The notes beneath the pieces were generated by a model that searched no databases, was not told where the DNA came from, and worked only from the letters and a program-made list of their open reading frames with translations. The position numbers and the translations under genes are program-made. This document shows, piece by piece, positions 53,491 through 64,000 of a stretch of DNA of 64,000 nucleotides; position 1 is the stretch's first letter; every line of letters starts with the position of its first letter. The stretch comes from Eledone cirrhosa. Its lineage: Eukaryota. The stretch lies in assembly GCA_964016885.1 (NCBI GenBank), contig OZ024743.1, forward strand, positions 363,754,001-363,818,000, written 5' to 3'.

Positions 53491-54580
53491 CCGTTTGGCG
53501 TTCATTCTTCCACGCTAGCATGGGTTAAACTTAAACGGATTGTCCTGTTGTGGGCAATGCCAAGTCGGGGAACCTTGTCTTGCTCATACGGGAACTGATT
53601 TGGCTTGATTTCTACAGCTGGATGCCCTTCCTAACACCAACCCCATTTACAGTGAGTGGTGGGTACTTTTTTCCGTAGCGCCTACAAGACCCCGTTACAG
53701 TGTGGGCTGGGTGCTTTTTTGCCGTGACACCTCCACGACCACTTTGCAGTGGGAAGGGATGGAGCATATTGTCTATATGCTTCAGAGTCGGCTTGTTCCT
53801 GTGGGAAGTCGGGTCTTCTGTATTACTGCGTGACGCCATAGGCCACGGTCCTGTGTCATCGCCTTTGTGAGGTGCAATTGTGCAAGGCCAGCTATTATCA
53901 CATCATCCCAGGTCTTCTTGGGTCTACCCACGCTGTGGCTTCCATCGACTTTTAGTGCTCTGTACCTTTTTATGTAGCTGTCATCCTTCAAACGCATCAC
54001 ATGTCCATACCATTGCAACCTCCTCTCCTGCACACAGCATTTGATTCATCTTATGCTCAGTCTCTCTCTCAGTTTATGCTTTGCCGTTCGCGTATATTAC
54101 CATTACACATCCATCGGAGCATGCAAGCTTCGGTTCTTTCTAATCTACTCAAGTCTTCTACACACAGCGCCCAGGTCTCACTACCATGTAACATTGCTGT
54201 CCGTATGCACGCATCATACAGTCTGACTTTCATTTTGAGGGAAATGCCTTTTGCAGCTAGCAGTAGCTCCCTGAACTTCTTCCATCCCGTTCTTACTGTA
54301 CTTTCAGAACACCCACCTCCGCTGCTAATTTGGTCACCTAGGTAGCAAAACCTGTATCCTGTTTCTACAGAGCCCTCCCAGAGTTTGGTGGTGCTTGTTT
54401 CCTGTGGTCGTTTGCTGCTTACTGTCCCTGTGCAGCTGCTACATGTAAAGCCTACATTCTTAACTAAGCTTCCTGAGATCCCACTACATCTCTTGTGTAC
54501 CCATAGTTTGCATTTGGGGCAGAGGATGGAGTTCCTACCTACACCTTTCCTACATACTGAGCAAGGCCATTTCAGCTGAA
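53458..54580 (-). mobile_element. RTE-clade LINE 3' fragment with PHD finger and (GAT)n tail
   Basis: PHD finger then YLGD..GGGC, GWKKFRELL, RRLQWYGHVMR, GRPKKTW; 3'UTR AGGAAGGGCATCCAGCTGTAGAAA. Confidence 0.88.
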
Positions 54581-54929
54581 ATGTACTATAAAGTTTTATC
54601 TATATACAGATATAACTTAATCGAACACTTCGACTGCTTAGCACACTTCTTAATATATATCTTAATTAACAACCAACACGAAGGCTAATTATATGCAAAT
54701 TAGTACGTCCATATCAGAATACTACTAAGAGTGAATGGCTATACAAGCCTATCAAATACGTATTTCCTTTTGGTTCTTTAGATGATGACTCAACTAGGTC
54801 CGAAAATGGATTAAAGGTGTTTATAATTCTTTTCAATTTACAGGAAAATTCGCATTTTCCGGCATGCTTACATGTCTACATATTAAAAATGTGTATATTT
54901 ATATACATTTTGGTGCATTCCCGGTTAGC

Positions 54930-54976
<47 letters not shown>

Positions 54977-54979
<3 letters not shown>

Positions 54980-55204
54980 GAAAATTGTAAACTTGACTGT
55001 CACCACACATTATGAACCTGAAGATTGCGAAAGCATGAAAGTACTTGTTCAATTAACACTTAACATTTAATATTCTATCAAACCTTTTCATTATAATACC
55101 ATTATAAATTTTAAAGGATTGTAAATAAAACGAGTAAATCAGACAAAGTTGGAATTCCTTTTATTAATATAATCTTCTATACACAATCATACACACCCGT
55201 GTGT

Positions 55205-55205
<1 letters not shown>
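54977..55205 (+). mobile_element. ~230-bp hammerhead-containing element, copy 2
   Basis: Flanked by (TA)n on both sides; homologous to 49460-49687. Confidence 0.8.
55013..55051 (+). ncRNA. Minimal type I hammerhead ribozyme
   Basis: Stem I TGAAC/GTTCA, core CTGAAGA and GAAA, stem II TGC-GAAA-GCA, palindromic stem III AGTACT. Confidence 0.75.
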
Positions 55206-55348
<143 letters not shown>

Positions 55349-55581
55349 ATCTAGCTGTCGTCTGTTCTACAGCGTAGATGTAATTCACTTCACGCAGAAG
55401 TTTTGTTCAAATTTATTGCGGAAATTTTGTAAGTTCAATTTTAATGTTGATACTATTGTGTAGCTTGACTCCCCGTCTGAACTGTCAGGCGGTGGGTCAG
55501 CTCATATTTGCCCCTCCCAGGGGTGAAAAACCTGTTTTAAAAATTTTGTGGCATAAAAAAATTTCAATCGTCTGACAGAAA

Positions 55582-57491
55582 TGTTAAACCAAGCTAACGA
55601 AAATAGTGGTGGGGGGACAGCGGTAAGAGTTGTTAGCTCGCACGCTTTAGTCTCCCCCCTTCCTTCCCAACTAACGTCATAGAGAAGGAAAGAAAAAATA
55701 AAATAAAAACAGACGAATCTGCGGAGAAAAATGACGAAAACACAAATCTGGACATTGATTCCAAAATCGAAAAAAAAAAATTTGAAAAATTGCATGACAA
55801 TATTAATACCACAAACAAAGACACGACAAACACAAAAATAACATTTGAAAACAACATCATAACAGAAAGCAAAGCAGACGACAAAGTCAACACCAATAAT
55901 ATTTCATTTGCACAAACAACAAAGAAATCTTTGACATATATACCTGAAAATATTTCAGATGTGGCACAAAGAATTACAGACGCCAAACAATACATAACTG
56001 AAGGGGAAAATGGTATTTTATCGGTAAAAATGCCTCAAGAACTCACCAAAGACATTGAAAGTCGGACGGTCGTTTTCCGTACCATCAACAACATTTCTAA
56101 AAAACCTCATCAGACAACACAAACAGAAATCAAAGCAGTACTTACAGACGTACTTAATGAAACCACTTTCATAAGAAAAGACAGACTGTATGGAAGCCTA
56201 GCGATTATTATGAAGAACGAATCGGCGGCAAAAAAATGTGCTTTGTCACCGATTCGTTCGACAAATTTTACCTTTTATCCATCTTATATGGGTAAAAGAA
56301 CTCAGCGCATATGGCTGGATGCAATGTTGCCAGATGTAGACTACTGCTGGCTCATAGCTGGCTTCATCGATCCAGCGAATGACAACGTGATTTCCATTGG
56401 GAAAACCACAGGCAATGCGTGCAGTGGAACAGGTATAGAACTTGTAGTGCAAATGAAGCCTGAACGCATCGCCCAAATACCCGACAGAATCCTTTAGAGG
56501 GCCACGGGTATATAAACATTAGCGTGGAGGGGAGAAGGCCGTCCTGTCATATCTGTGCAGGCAGAGGGCACCTGAAGGCGGCTTGTCCCTAACTCAACAA
56601 AAAGAAAACCCTGCTACCAACACCAGCTCCACCACCACCACAACAGATAAACAAACAACAAAACTCAGTCCCACCCAACCCGTCCCTCAGTAAAACTACA
56701 CCACCACCACCACAACACAAACAGTCACAACACATTACCCAAAAACAAAATACAGTCCCACCCAACCCCCTCACTCAATAAAACAACACAACCACCGCAG
56801 CCACAACACACAACACAGTCTAACATAGTGACATCCATCTCCCCCACAAAGAAAACCAACACGGAAACATTACCAGCAAACATACCTCTTCCCTCCAACA
56901 CTGAAGATAACCCAAGGAATTCGGAGGAAGAAACGGAGTCCTTCAGACAGATTAAAAGGAAAAAAGAAAACATGTGCAAAACACACAAAGCCGAACAACC
57001 CCTACCCAAAGTCAACACAATCCAACAAAACACAAAACACCCCTCCAGCAACAAACAAAACCAAACCTGCCCCTCCCCTCTTCGAAACACTCACACCATC
57101 CGAAAAAAAGACATTACACTATACTTACACCAACAGAAACAATAATAAATTAAATGAACTCATAAACAATAATCCTTCGGTACAAACCGAAGGTGTAAAC
57201 TTTGTTTCTTCAGAAAACTACCCACATTTAAAATTAATAAAGATCCCAATGAACCTCTACCAAAAACTAAAAAAGGATTTTAAGGAGGACGCAGGACCAC
57301 CCTCTGTCAAACCCATAAACCGCGTCCTACTAAAAAGCTTTCCCCCTCCCCTTCCCTTCCCCAACACAACTCCAAACACCCCAACCCCATCACACACTGA
57401 CAACCCCACACCACCACAAGACACCCCTTCACCCAACACCCCCGACCCCATGGAAGTCGTGCGACCCGAACCCCGGGAAGCAGAAAGGTAG
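55582..57491 (+). pseudogene. Tx1 ORF1 (RRM-like region, CCHC knuckle, Pro/Thr linker), disrupted
   Basis: ORF pieces 55790..56497, 56828..57145, 57249..57491; CHICAGRGHLKAAC at ~56545-56586. Confidence 0.8.
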
Positions 57492-57524
57492 GTCTCTACA
57501 CTCTCCTTTGGCTCTGCCGCCCAC

Positions 57525-60500
57525 ATGGATGTGTTAAGAGTAGGATGTTTGAATGCACGTGGCCTGGGCTCAACTTGGAAGCAAGCAAAGCTTCTAAATG
57601 ACCTCAGGTCACGTGGTATAAATGTAATGGTTATCTGTGAGACTCGGATCAGCGTCGTGTGGCAGCTGGCCCCTACCTTCGATGACTTTGAGGTGCATGC
57701 ATCTCTCTGTCAACCTGGAGGTGGGGGTGGGATTGTCGTACTGCTGGAAAAACACCTGGGTCTCGCCGTACAGGTTGTTCACTCGGACCCGGAGGGTCGT
57801 TTGTTGGTGCTAGACGTTGGCAGTAGTGAAGGTGCGGCCTTGAGACTGGTCGCCGTCTACTCCCCTTTCGGAGCTGAACGGCCCGACTTCTTCCAGCGTT
57901 TGGAGACTTTTCTGGGAATGTCGTGTTCCCTGCTTCTAGCGGGGGATGGGAATGACATCCTAGATGCACGTTGGGACTATGCAGGAGCATGTCCTAATAG
58001 AGGGGGGTGTAACAGCCTCAAGGGGTTACTCGACCGTTTTAACTTGGTCGATAGATATCGACTAGATTTTCCAACTGTGCCAACCTGGACTTGGACGAAC
58101 CACAGTGATCAATCTAGATCGTACTTAGATAGATTCTTAGTTAGAAGTAAGGATAGGGACATATTAAGCTGTCCAGAAATCCTCACGGTTGGCTATACGG
58201 ATCACAAATTAGTGACCTGCGTAGTCAATCTCGAGAAAACACATAAACAGGGTCCCGGTTACTGGAAACTTAATTTGTCTTTACCGGCAAAAGAGACTTA
58301 CAGAAACCGGATTAGCAGATTAGTTAAGGAGAGGTTGACGGGTGCAATCGTCAACGACCGATGGTGGGCATCTCTCAAAAGAGAGATTAGAACAGAATCA
58401 ATAAGTTATAGCAAGATGTTAGCTGCCGATAGGAATAGAAACGAGAAAGAATTAACAGGTAAATTAGAAGAGGCAATCAAGAGCGAAGATGTGGCCAGAG
58501 TGCTGGCATCGAGGACGGCCTTGAACCAGTTTTTCGATGCAAAGCACGAAGGCTGCGTCATTCGAAGTAAAATACGTGCTCTAGGTAATGAGGGGGCCAA
58601 AGCCGTTGGCTGGGCCCGCGTGACAGAAGCTAAGAGTGGAAATCGATCCACCATCCGGTCTTTGCAAGACGAGGATGAACGGGTGATCCGGGAGCCTAAG
58701 CAGATGTGCGAGGCCTTTCAAATGCACTTTGCCCGATTATTAGGGGGAGGCGAGGGTCCGGGCGGGGACGTGGATTTCGGTCCATACCTCAACGGCCTGC
58801 CGCGTCTCTCGAGCGAAGAGGCAGAGTCCTGCGAGAGACCAATCTCGGCTGATGAGATCGGGGATGCGCTGAGCCAATGCAGCAGACGCAAATCTCCAGG
58901 TCTCGATGGTATACCCTACGAACTTTATTTAGCAATGCCGGTCTTCTTCTCCGAACTCCTCGAAGCGGTCTACTGCAATTGGCAGCAGAACGGGAGAATT
59001 CCTTGTTCTGTAGCCAAGGGCGTAGTCTCGCTGGTGAGGAAGGACGAGAACAGGGGGGATAGTATAAATAATTTTCGGCCCATAACCCTGCTAAACACAG
59101 AGTTAAAGATTTTGGCCAAGGTGTTAGCAAAGAGGTTGGCGCTTGTCGTGGGTGGCCTGGTGGGAGATGCGCAGACATGTGCTATCCCATCCAGGTCCAT
59201 TCACGATAACCTCCACCTCATGCGATACACCATAGAGAGGGTTGGCAACAAACCCAGCTTCGGTGGGGCCCTGATCAACTTGGATCTGTCTAAGGCCTTC
59301 GATAGGGTCGACCATGGTTACCTGGATGCGGTGCTAGCGGCGGCTGGGTTCGGTCCTGTTTTCAGAGGCTGGATCACTGCCTTACATAGCAACCACATCT
59401 GTTCTAGGATCAAGGTGAACGACTACCTTTCGAAGCCGTTCGAAATCACACGATCCATTCGACAGGGGTGCCCTCTCTCCTCCCTTCTGTACGTATTGAC
59501 TCTCGAGCCTTTACTGAGGAAGTTGGAGTTGTTGCAGGGTATCCCCCTGGAACCAGGATTGAGCAAAGCGGTGTCGGCCTACGCCGATGACGTAACAGTA
59601 ATGGTATCGACCGACTCGGAGATCGAGGCGATCGGTACCTTACTGGAGGATTACGAAAGGTTGTCAGGAGCGAAACTGAACCGGGAAAAATCCATCGGGC
59701 TGCAACTCGGAACGTGGAGAGGCAGACCGATGCCTCCCGACGGTGTTGTCGGACACTGGACGGAGGGCCCGGTGAAGTTGCTTGGGGTCTGGTTTGGACC
59801 GGACCTCCAGGTGGAAAAGAACTGGGACGAGGTTACGAACAAGGTGTTTGCACTAACCCAGAAATGGGCCAAGTGAAAGCTGTCCCTAAAAGGCCGGGCA
59901 GAGGTGGCGAACATTTACATAGCGTCCGTCACTTACTACCGCCTGACTGTTGTGCCTTGCCCTAAGGAAACACTCACCACCATGGAACGCATGCTCTTCC
60001 AATTTCTTTGGAAGAAGCGCCCTCCTATGGTGAGAAGTTCCATCTGCTGCCAACAACCTTCGAAAGGAGGGCTGGGGATGCCGTGGTTGATGATGCGTAG
60101 GCACGCATTAAGGCTACGGCACCTACAGGTATTCCTCACTGATCAACCGGTGTGGGCTCCGTTCGTGAAACGAGCCTTTCCGAGACTCTTCTCGCTCACC
60201 GAGCTGCAGTCCTGGGTCAAGCAAAGATCCGGAAAACTGGGAGACTGGCACACTGAGTGTGCCCAGGCGCTCAGGGCTCTCTGGCAAGCGGGCTCGGCCA
60301 TCGGTGGAGAATCCACCTCATCATTCTATAGAGGGCTGGTGGCTAGCAGGGGCGATGACACCCTTGGGGAGTCGCTGGACATGGAAGAGGACGAACTGGC
60401 CAGCCTGTTCGGTAGGACTTTCGGCCCGGGACCAATGGACAACTTCCAGAAGTCACTAGCCTGGCAGTGCTACCGGGGGGCTCTACCCGTTCGAGGGAGG

Positions 60501-60805
60501 CTCTACAGACACGGGCGCCCGGGCAGGGATTCCTCGAAAAAGATTTGCCCTAGATGCGTGCGTCACGAAGAAACCGTTGCGCACGCATTGGTGCAATGTC
60601 CGGGCGTGGCTGATCTGTGGGGCTACGCCGAACGACTGCTGTCGCGGGTGGCGCCGATTCGATTGACCACCGAGTCCGTGATGACAATCAACCCGCCTCC
60701 CCTCTTCACAAAGGAAGCAAAGGCGGTTTTTCTGTGCGTAATAGCCATGTTGAAAGAGGTTGTTTGGTGGACACGATTGAAAGGTCTGAGGTCAGGCAAC
60801 TTCCT
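57525..60805 (+). pseudogene. Tx1 ORF2: APE endonuclease + reverse transcriptase + C-terminal zinc finger, one in-frame stop at 59874-59876
   Basis: CLNARGL, CET, SYLDRF, TDH, KSPGLDG, FRPITLLN, DLSKAFDRVDH, RQGCPLS, AYADD, CPRC..ETVAHALVQC; 59904..60956 continues in the same frame. Confidence 0.95.
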
Positions 60806-63468
60806 CATACCATCTTTTCTTAAAAGAACCCGCGGTGGATCCTATGTAATTCCAGGTGGAGTTACCCGAGATGACAGTGCACATGTACACCAGGCTCGAA
60901 TCGAGACATCTGTTCGCCAATGGGCACCTATCTGGGAGGTGACAGTTGCAGTTTGAGGCGCTATTTTGTGCAGCTTTTACATTCCTATTTAGTACCCTGT
61001 TATAAGTGGGTTGTGATATATGCCCAATGGGGTTTTGCTGCTGCGCGTTTGTATGCGCTTGTGGTTGTGATGTTGTGATGAGTTTGTGCTTATGTATAGG
61101 TGCAATTGATTTACTTGAGATATTTCTGTGGTTGATCTTGCGTATGTGTGATTCTGTGTTAGCTGCTGTTGAGAAAGAGAGTTTTATAGTAGATCTATTG
61201 AGTATTTTGTGATATCTATGCGAGATAGGGAAGTGTTTATCTATTAGTTTAAAGAATGTAGAGGGCAGTCTAGTTTGTATAGAGGAGTTGAATATTGGGT
61301 TGAACCATAGGTATTTTCTTTGTCTGTTTCTTCTATTGTTTCTAGGGTTTACGTTATTAGTGTTTTGGCCGTTTACTCTAGGTGTTACATGTCTAACCCT
61401 ATGTCTAGTCAAGCTATTCCTATTATTATGTGAGCGGTTGGAGTAGAAATTACTAGGATTGTTTATGTTGTCCTTATTCACTATATACTGTAGTTTATCT
61501 TTATGACCGCCCTACTTAATGCTGCATTATAATAGTCAGCATGCTCGTTAAAGATTTCTAGGTTTGAGGATAGGCGGGATATTCGGAGGGATATACTACG
61601 TGCTATGGATTTAATTATGGATTTGGGGTGATTTGAGTTGTAACTAATGTAGGCAAGATTTTCATTATTTTTGTGGAAAGGTTCTATTAATCCAGTATTT
61701 AGATTTAGAGTTACATCTAGAAAATTTACCTTCTTATGGTTTAGTTCGTAGGTAATACTTAGGCCTAGTTTTTTGAAGAATATTCTAATATTTTTCCTTA
61801 GTCTTTCCATGCTCTGGTTGTTTAGGTTCCTAGCTATAAGTAACGTGTCGTCCCTATAAATTCCTCCTTGGAGGTTACTGAATTCCTTATGTAGGTTGTG
61901 TGCTATGAATGGCTCCACGATATCTGTAATTTGCGCAGAATCATTTGATCCCATTGTAATATCGAATACTGGATTAATAGAACCTTTCCACAAAAATAAT
62001 GAAAATCTTGCCTACATTAGTTACAACTCAAATTACCCCAAATCCATAATTAAATCCATAGCACGTAGTATATCCCTCCGAATATCCCGCCTATCCTCAA
62101 ACCTAGAAATCTTTAACGAGCATGCTGACTATTATAATGCAGCATTAAGTAGGGCCGGTCATAAAGATAAACTACAGTATATAGTGAATAAGGACAACAT
62201 AAACAATCCTAGTAATTACTACTCCAACCGCTCACATAATAATAGGAATAGCTTGACTAGACATAGGATTAGACATGTAACACCTAGAGTAAACGGCCAA
62301 AACACTAATAACGTAAACCCTAGAAACAATAGAAGAAACAGACAAAGAAAATACCTATGGTTCAACCCAATATTCAACTCCTCTATACAAACTAGACTGC
62401 CCTCTACATTCTTTAAACTAATAGATAAACACTTCCCTATCTCGCATAGATATCACAAAATACTCAATAGATCTACTATAAAACTCTCTTTCTCAACAGC
62501 AGCTAACACAGAATCACACATACGCAAGATCAACCACAGAAATATCTCAAGTAAATCAATTGCACCTATACATAAGCACAAACTCATCACAACATCACAA
62601 CCACAAGCGCATACAAACGCGCAGCAGCAAAACCCCATTGGGCATATATCACAACCCACTTATAACAGGGTACTAAATAGGAATGTAAAAGCTGCACAAA
62701 ATAGCGCCTCAAACTGCAACTGTCACCTCCCAGATAGGTGCCCATTGGCGAACAGATGTCTCGATTCGAGCCTGGTGTACATGTGCACTGTCATCTCGGG
62801 TAACTCCACCTGGAATTACATAGGATCCACCGCGGGTTCTTTTAAGAAAAGATGGTATGTGCACAGGCACTCAATGAAAAACCGAGCACTTATGGGTTCC
62901 ACCACCCTCGCCAGAAAAATATGGGAATTGAAGGACAGCAACGCTAGCTACACTATCAACTGGTCGAAGTTGTCGGCTGCTAAAACCTATAGTACAGGGA
63001 TGTCCTATTGCGGGCTGTGTGATCTTGAGCTATTGTATATCCTTAGAAATGTTAAAAGGCTACTTAATAATAAGTTAGAAAGATCTATCTTCTGCAGACA
63101 TAGAATAGCCACTAAATTCATAAGATTCAAGCCTCCGTGAATCGAACCAACATAACATAGCTTTAAATTAGGATACCTACTACCCACAGAAATATATTCA
63201 TTAAGTATACTATTTCCTTCACAAGTCTATACCACACAATTGTCTGTAAATACCTCATCTACCAACAATCTTACTCCTTCTCAGCTGCTGCAATCATTTG
63301 ATCCTAGATCCTAGTTTTTCTCATTTCACTACTACAATGTTACTTTACCTTCTTTTTGCCATAATTACAATTAGCACGCTTTTCTCTTTGCATGTATGTA
63401 TATTTTTGTACGAGTGTATATTGATGTGTATGTATGTGTCTATGTACACATATATGTGTATATATATT

Positions 63469-63542
<74 letters not shown>

Positions 63543-64000
63543 TAGATATATGCGTATATTAATTCGTTAACCTCTGTATTAACTCTACAACTATTGAGCT
63601 TTGACAGTGGTCCCACTCATGTATACTGTTGAAGATGAAGAGAAAGACTGTAAAAACTAGCTTATCTTTATAATTTAAAATTGATACACACTACGATACT
63701 TTTTGCCTTATGACAGCTGGTTTTCACGCCGTAACATTAGATACATTATATACCCCCCACCTAAGTAATGTCAGGGTCTCCTTAAATAGTTTATTGATAG
63801 CATTGTTGTAATAATTGTTGTTGTTATTGTTCTAATTGAATGCCATAACTACTCCATATAGTAGCCGTATTTTCTTTTCTTTTCTTGCCTGTGTATTTTA
63901 TTCATTCTCGCATGCTCCGAAGATCTGACTGGTTGTAATTCTGTATTGGCGATCGAGTGACGCAAAATTAGGCGGATAGCGATCTCTAGACATACCAGTT
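60806..64000 (+). mobile_element. Penelope-like element (Naiad-like) with inverted 5' duplication; right end uncertain
   Basis: Minus 60806-61964 carries DITMGSNDSA and GIYRDD; plus 61965-63140 carries the RT thumb, WFNP..KHFP, CNC..CPL..CL, LVY..YIGST and CGLC..E. Confidence 0.9.
61965..63140 (+). pseudogene. PLE RT C-terminus + GIY-YIG endonuclease, open frame, 5' truncated
   Basis: ORF 61896..63140; SLVYMCTV...YIGSTAGSFKKRW..H..S...TTLARKIWELK; its first ~23 codons come from the inverted strand. Confidence 0.88.

Larger units (their letters stand above)
55400..60805 (+). mobile_element. Tx1 LINE copy 10, best preserved; 3' end interrupted by the Penelope-like element
   Basis: ORF1 followed by a long APE-RT-zf ORF2; homology stops at GNFL (60805); 5' boundary approximate. 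Confidence 0.95.

Noticed and set aside
60806-60956. C-terminal extension of Tx1 ORF 59904..60956
   Set aside because: Chance read-through into antisense Penelope sequence

Overview
Repeat-saturated eukaryotic (animal) genomic DNA. The SINE families and the microsatellite load suggest a cephalopod, probably octopus (inference from recalled families, not a search). I found no convincing host gene; almost everything is transposon-derived. About ten copies of a Tx1-clade (L1 group) LINE occupy roughly 28 kb, with several different ORF1 subfamilies and one near-intact copy at ~55.4-60.8 kb. Also present: an RLE-type R4/Dong LINE, RTE fragments (one with a PHD finger inside the RT), a short internally deleted RTE, a Naiad-like Penelope element with an ~0.9-kb inverted duplication, Helitron RepHel remnants plus a non-autonomous Helitron, a Chapaev3-type DNA transposon, two MITEs, about ten copies of a tRNA-derived SINE, and a 4.2-kb 18-bp minisatellite. 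The most interesting signals are: (1) the SINE 3' tail resembles the Tx1 3' terminus and all four TSDs found begin ATTAT, a candidate Tx1-SINE partnership; (2) two ~230-bp elements beside (TA)n tracts keep an identical minimal hammerhead ribozyme while flanking sequence diverges; (3) a Tx1 5' inversion with twin-priming geometry; (4) several fold-back palindromes. All family names come from motif recognition by eye; boundaries of degenerate copies are approximate.
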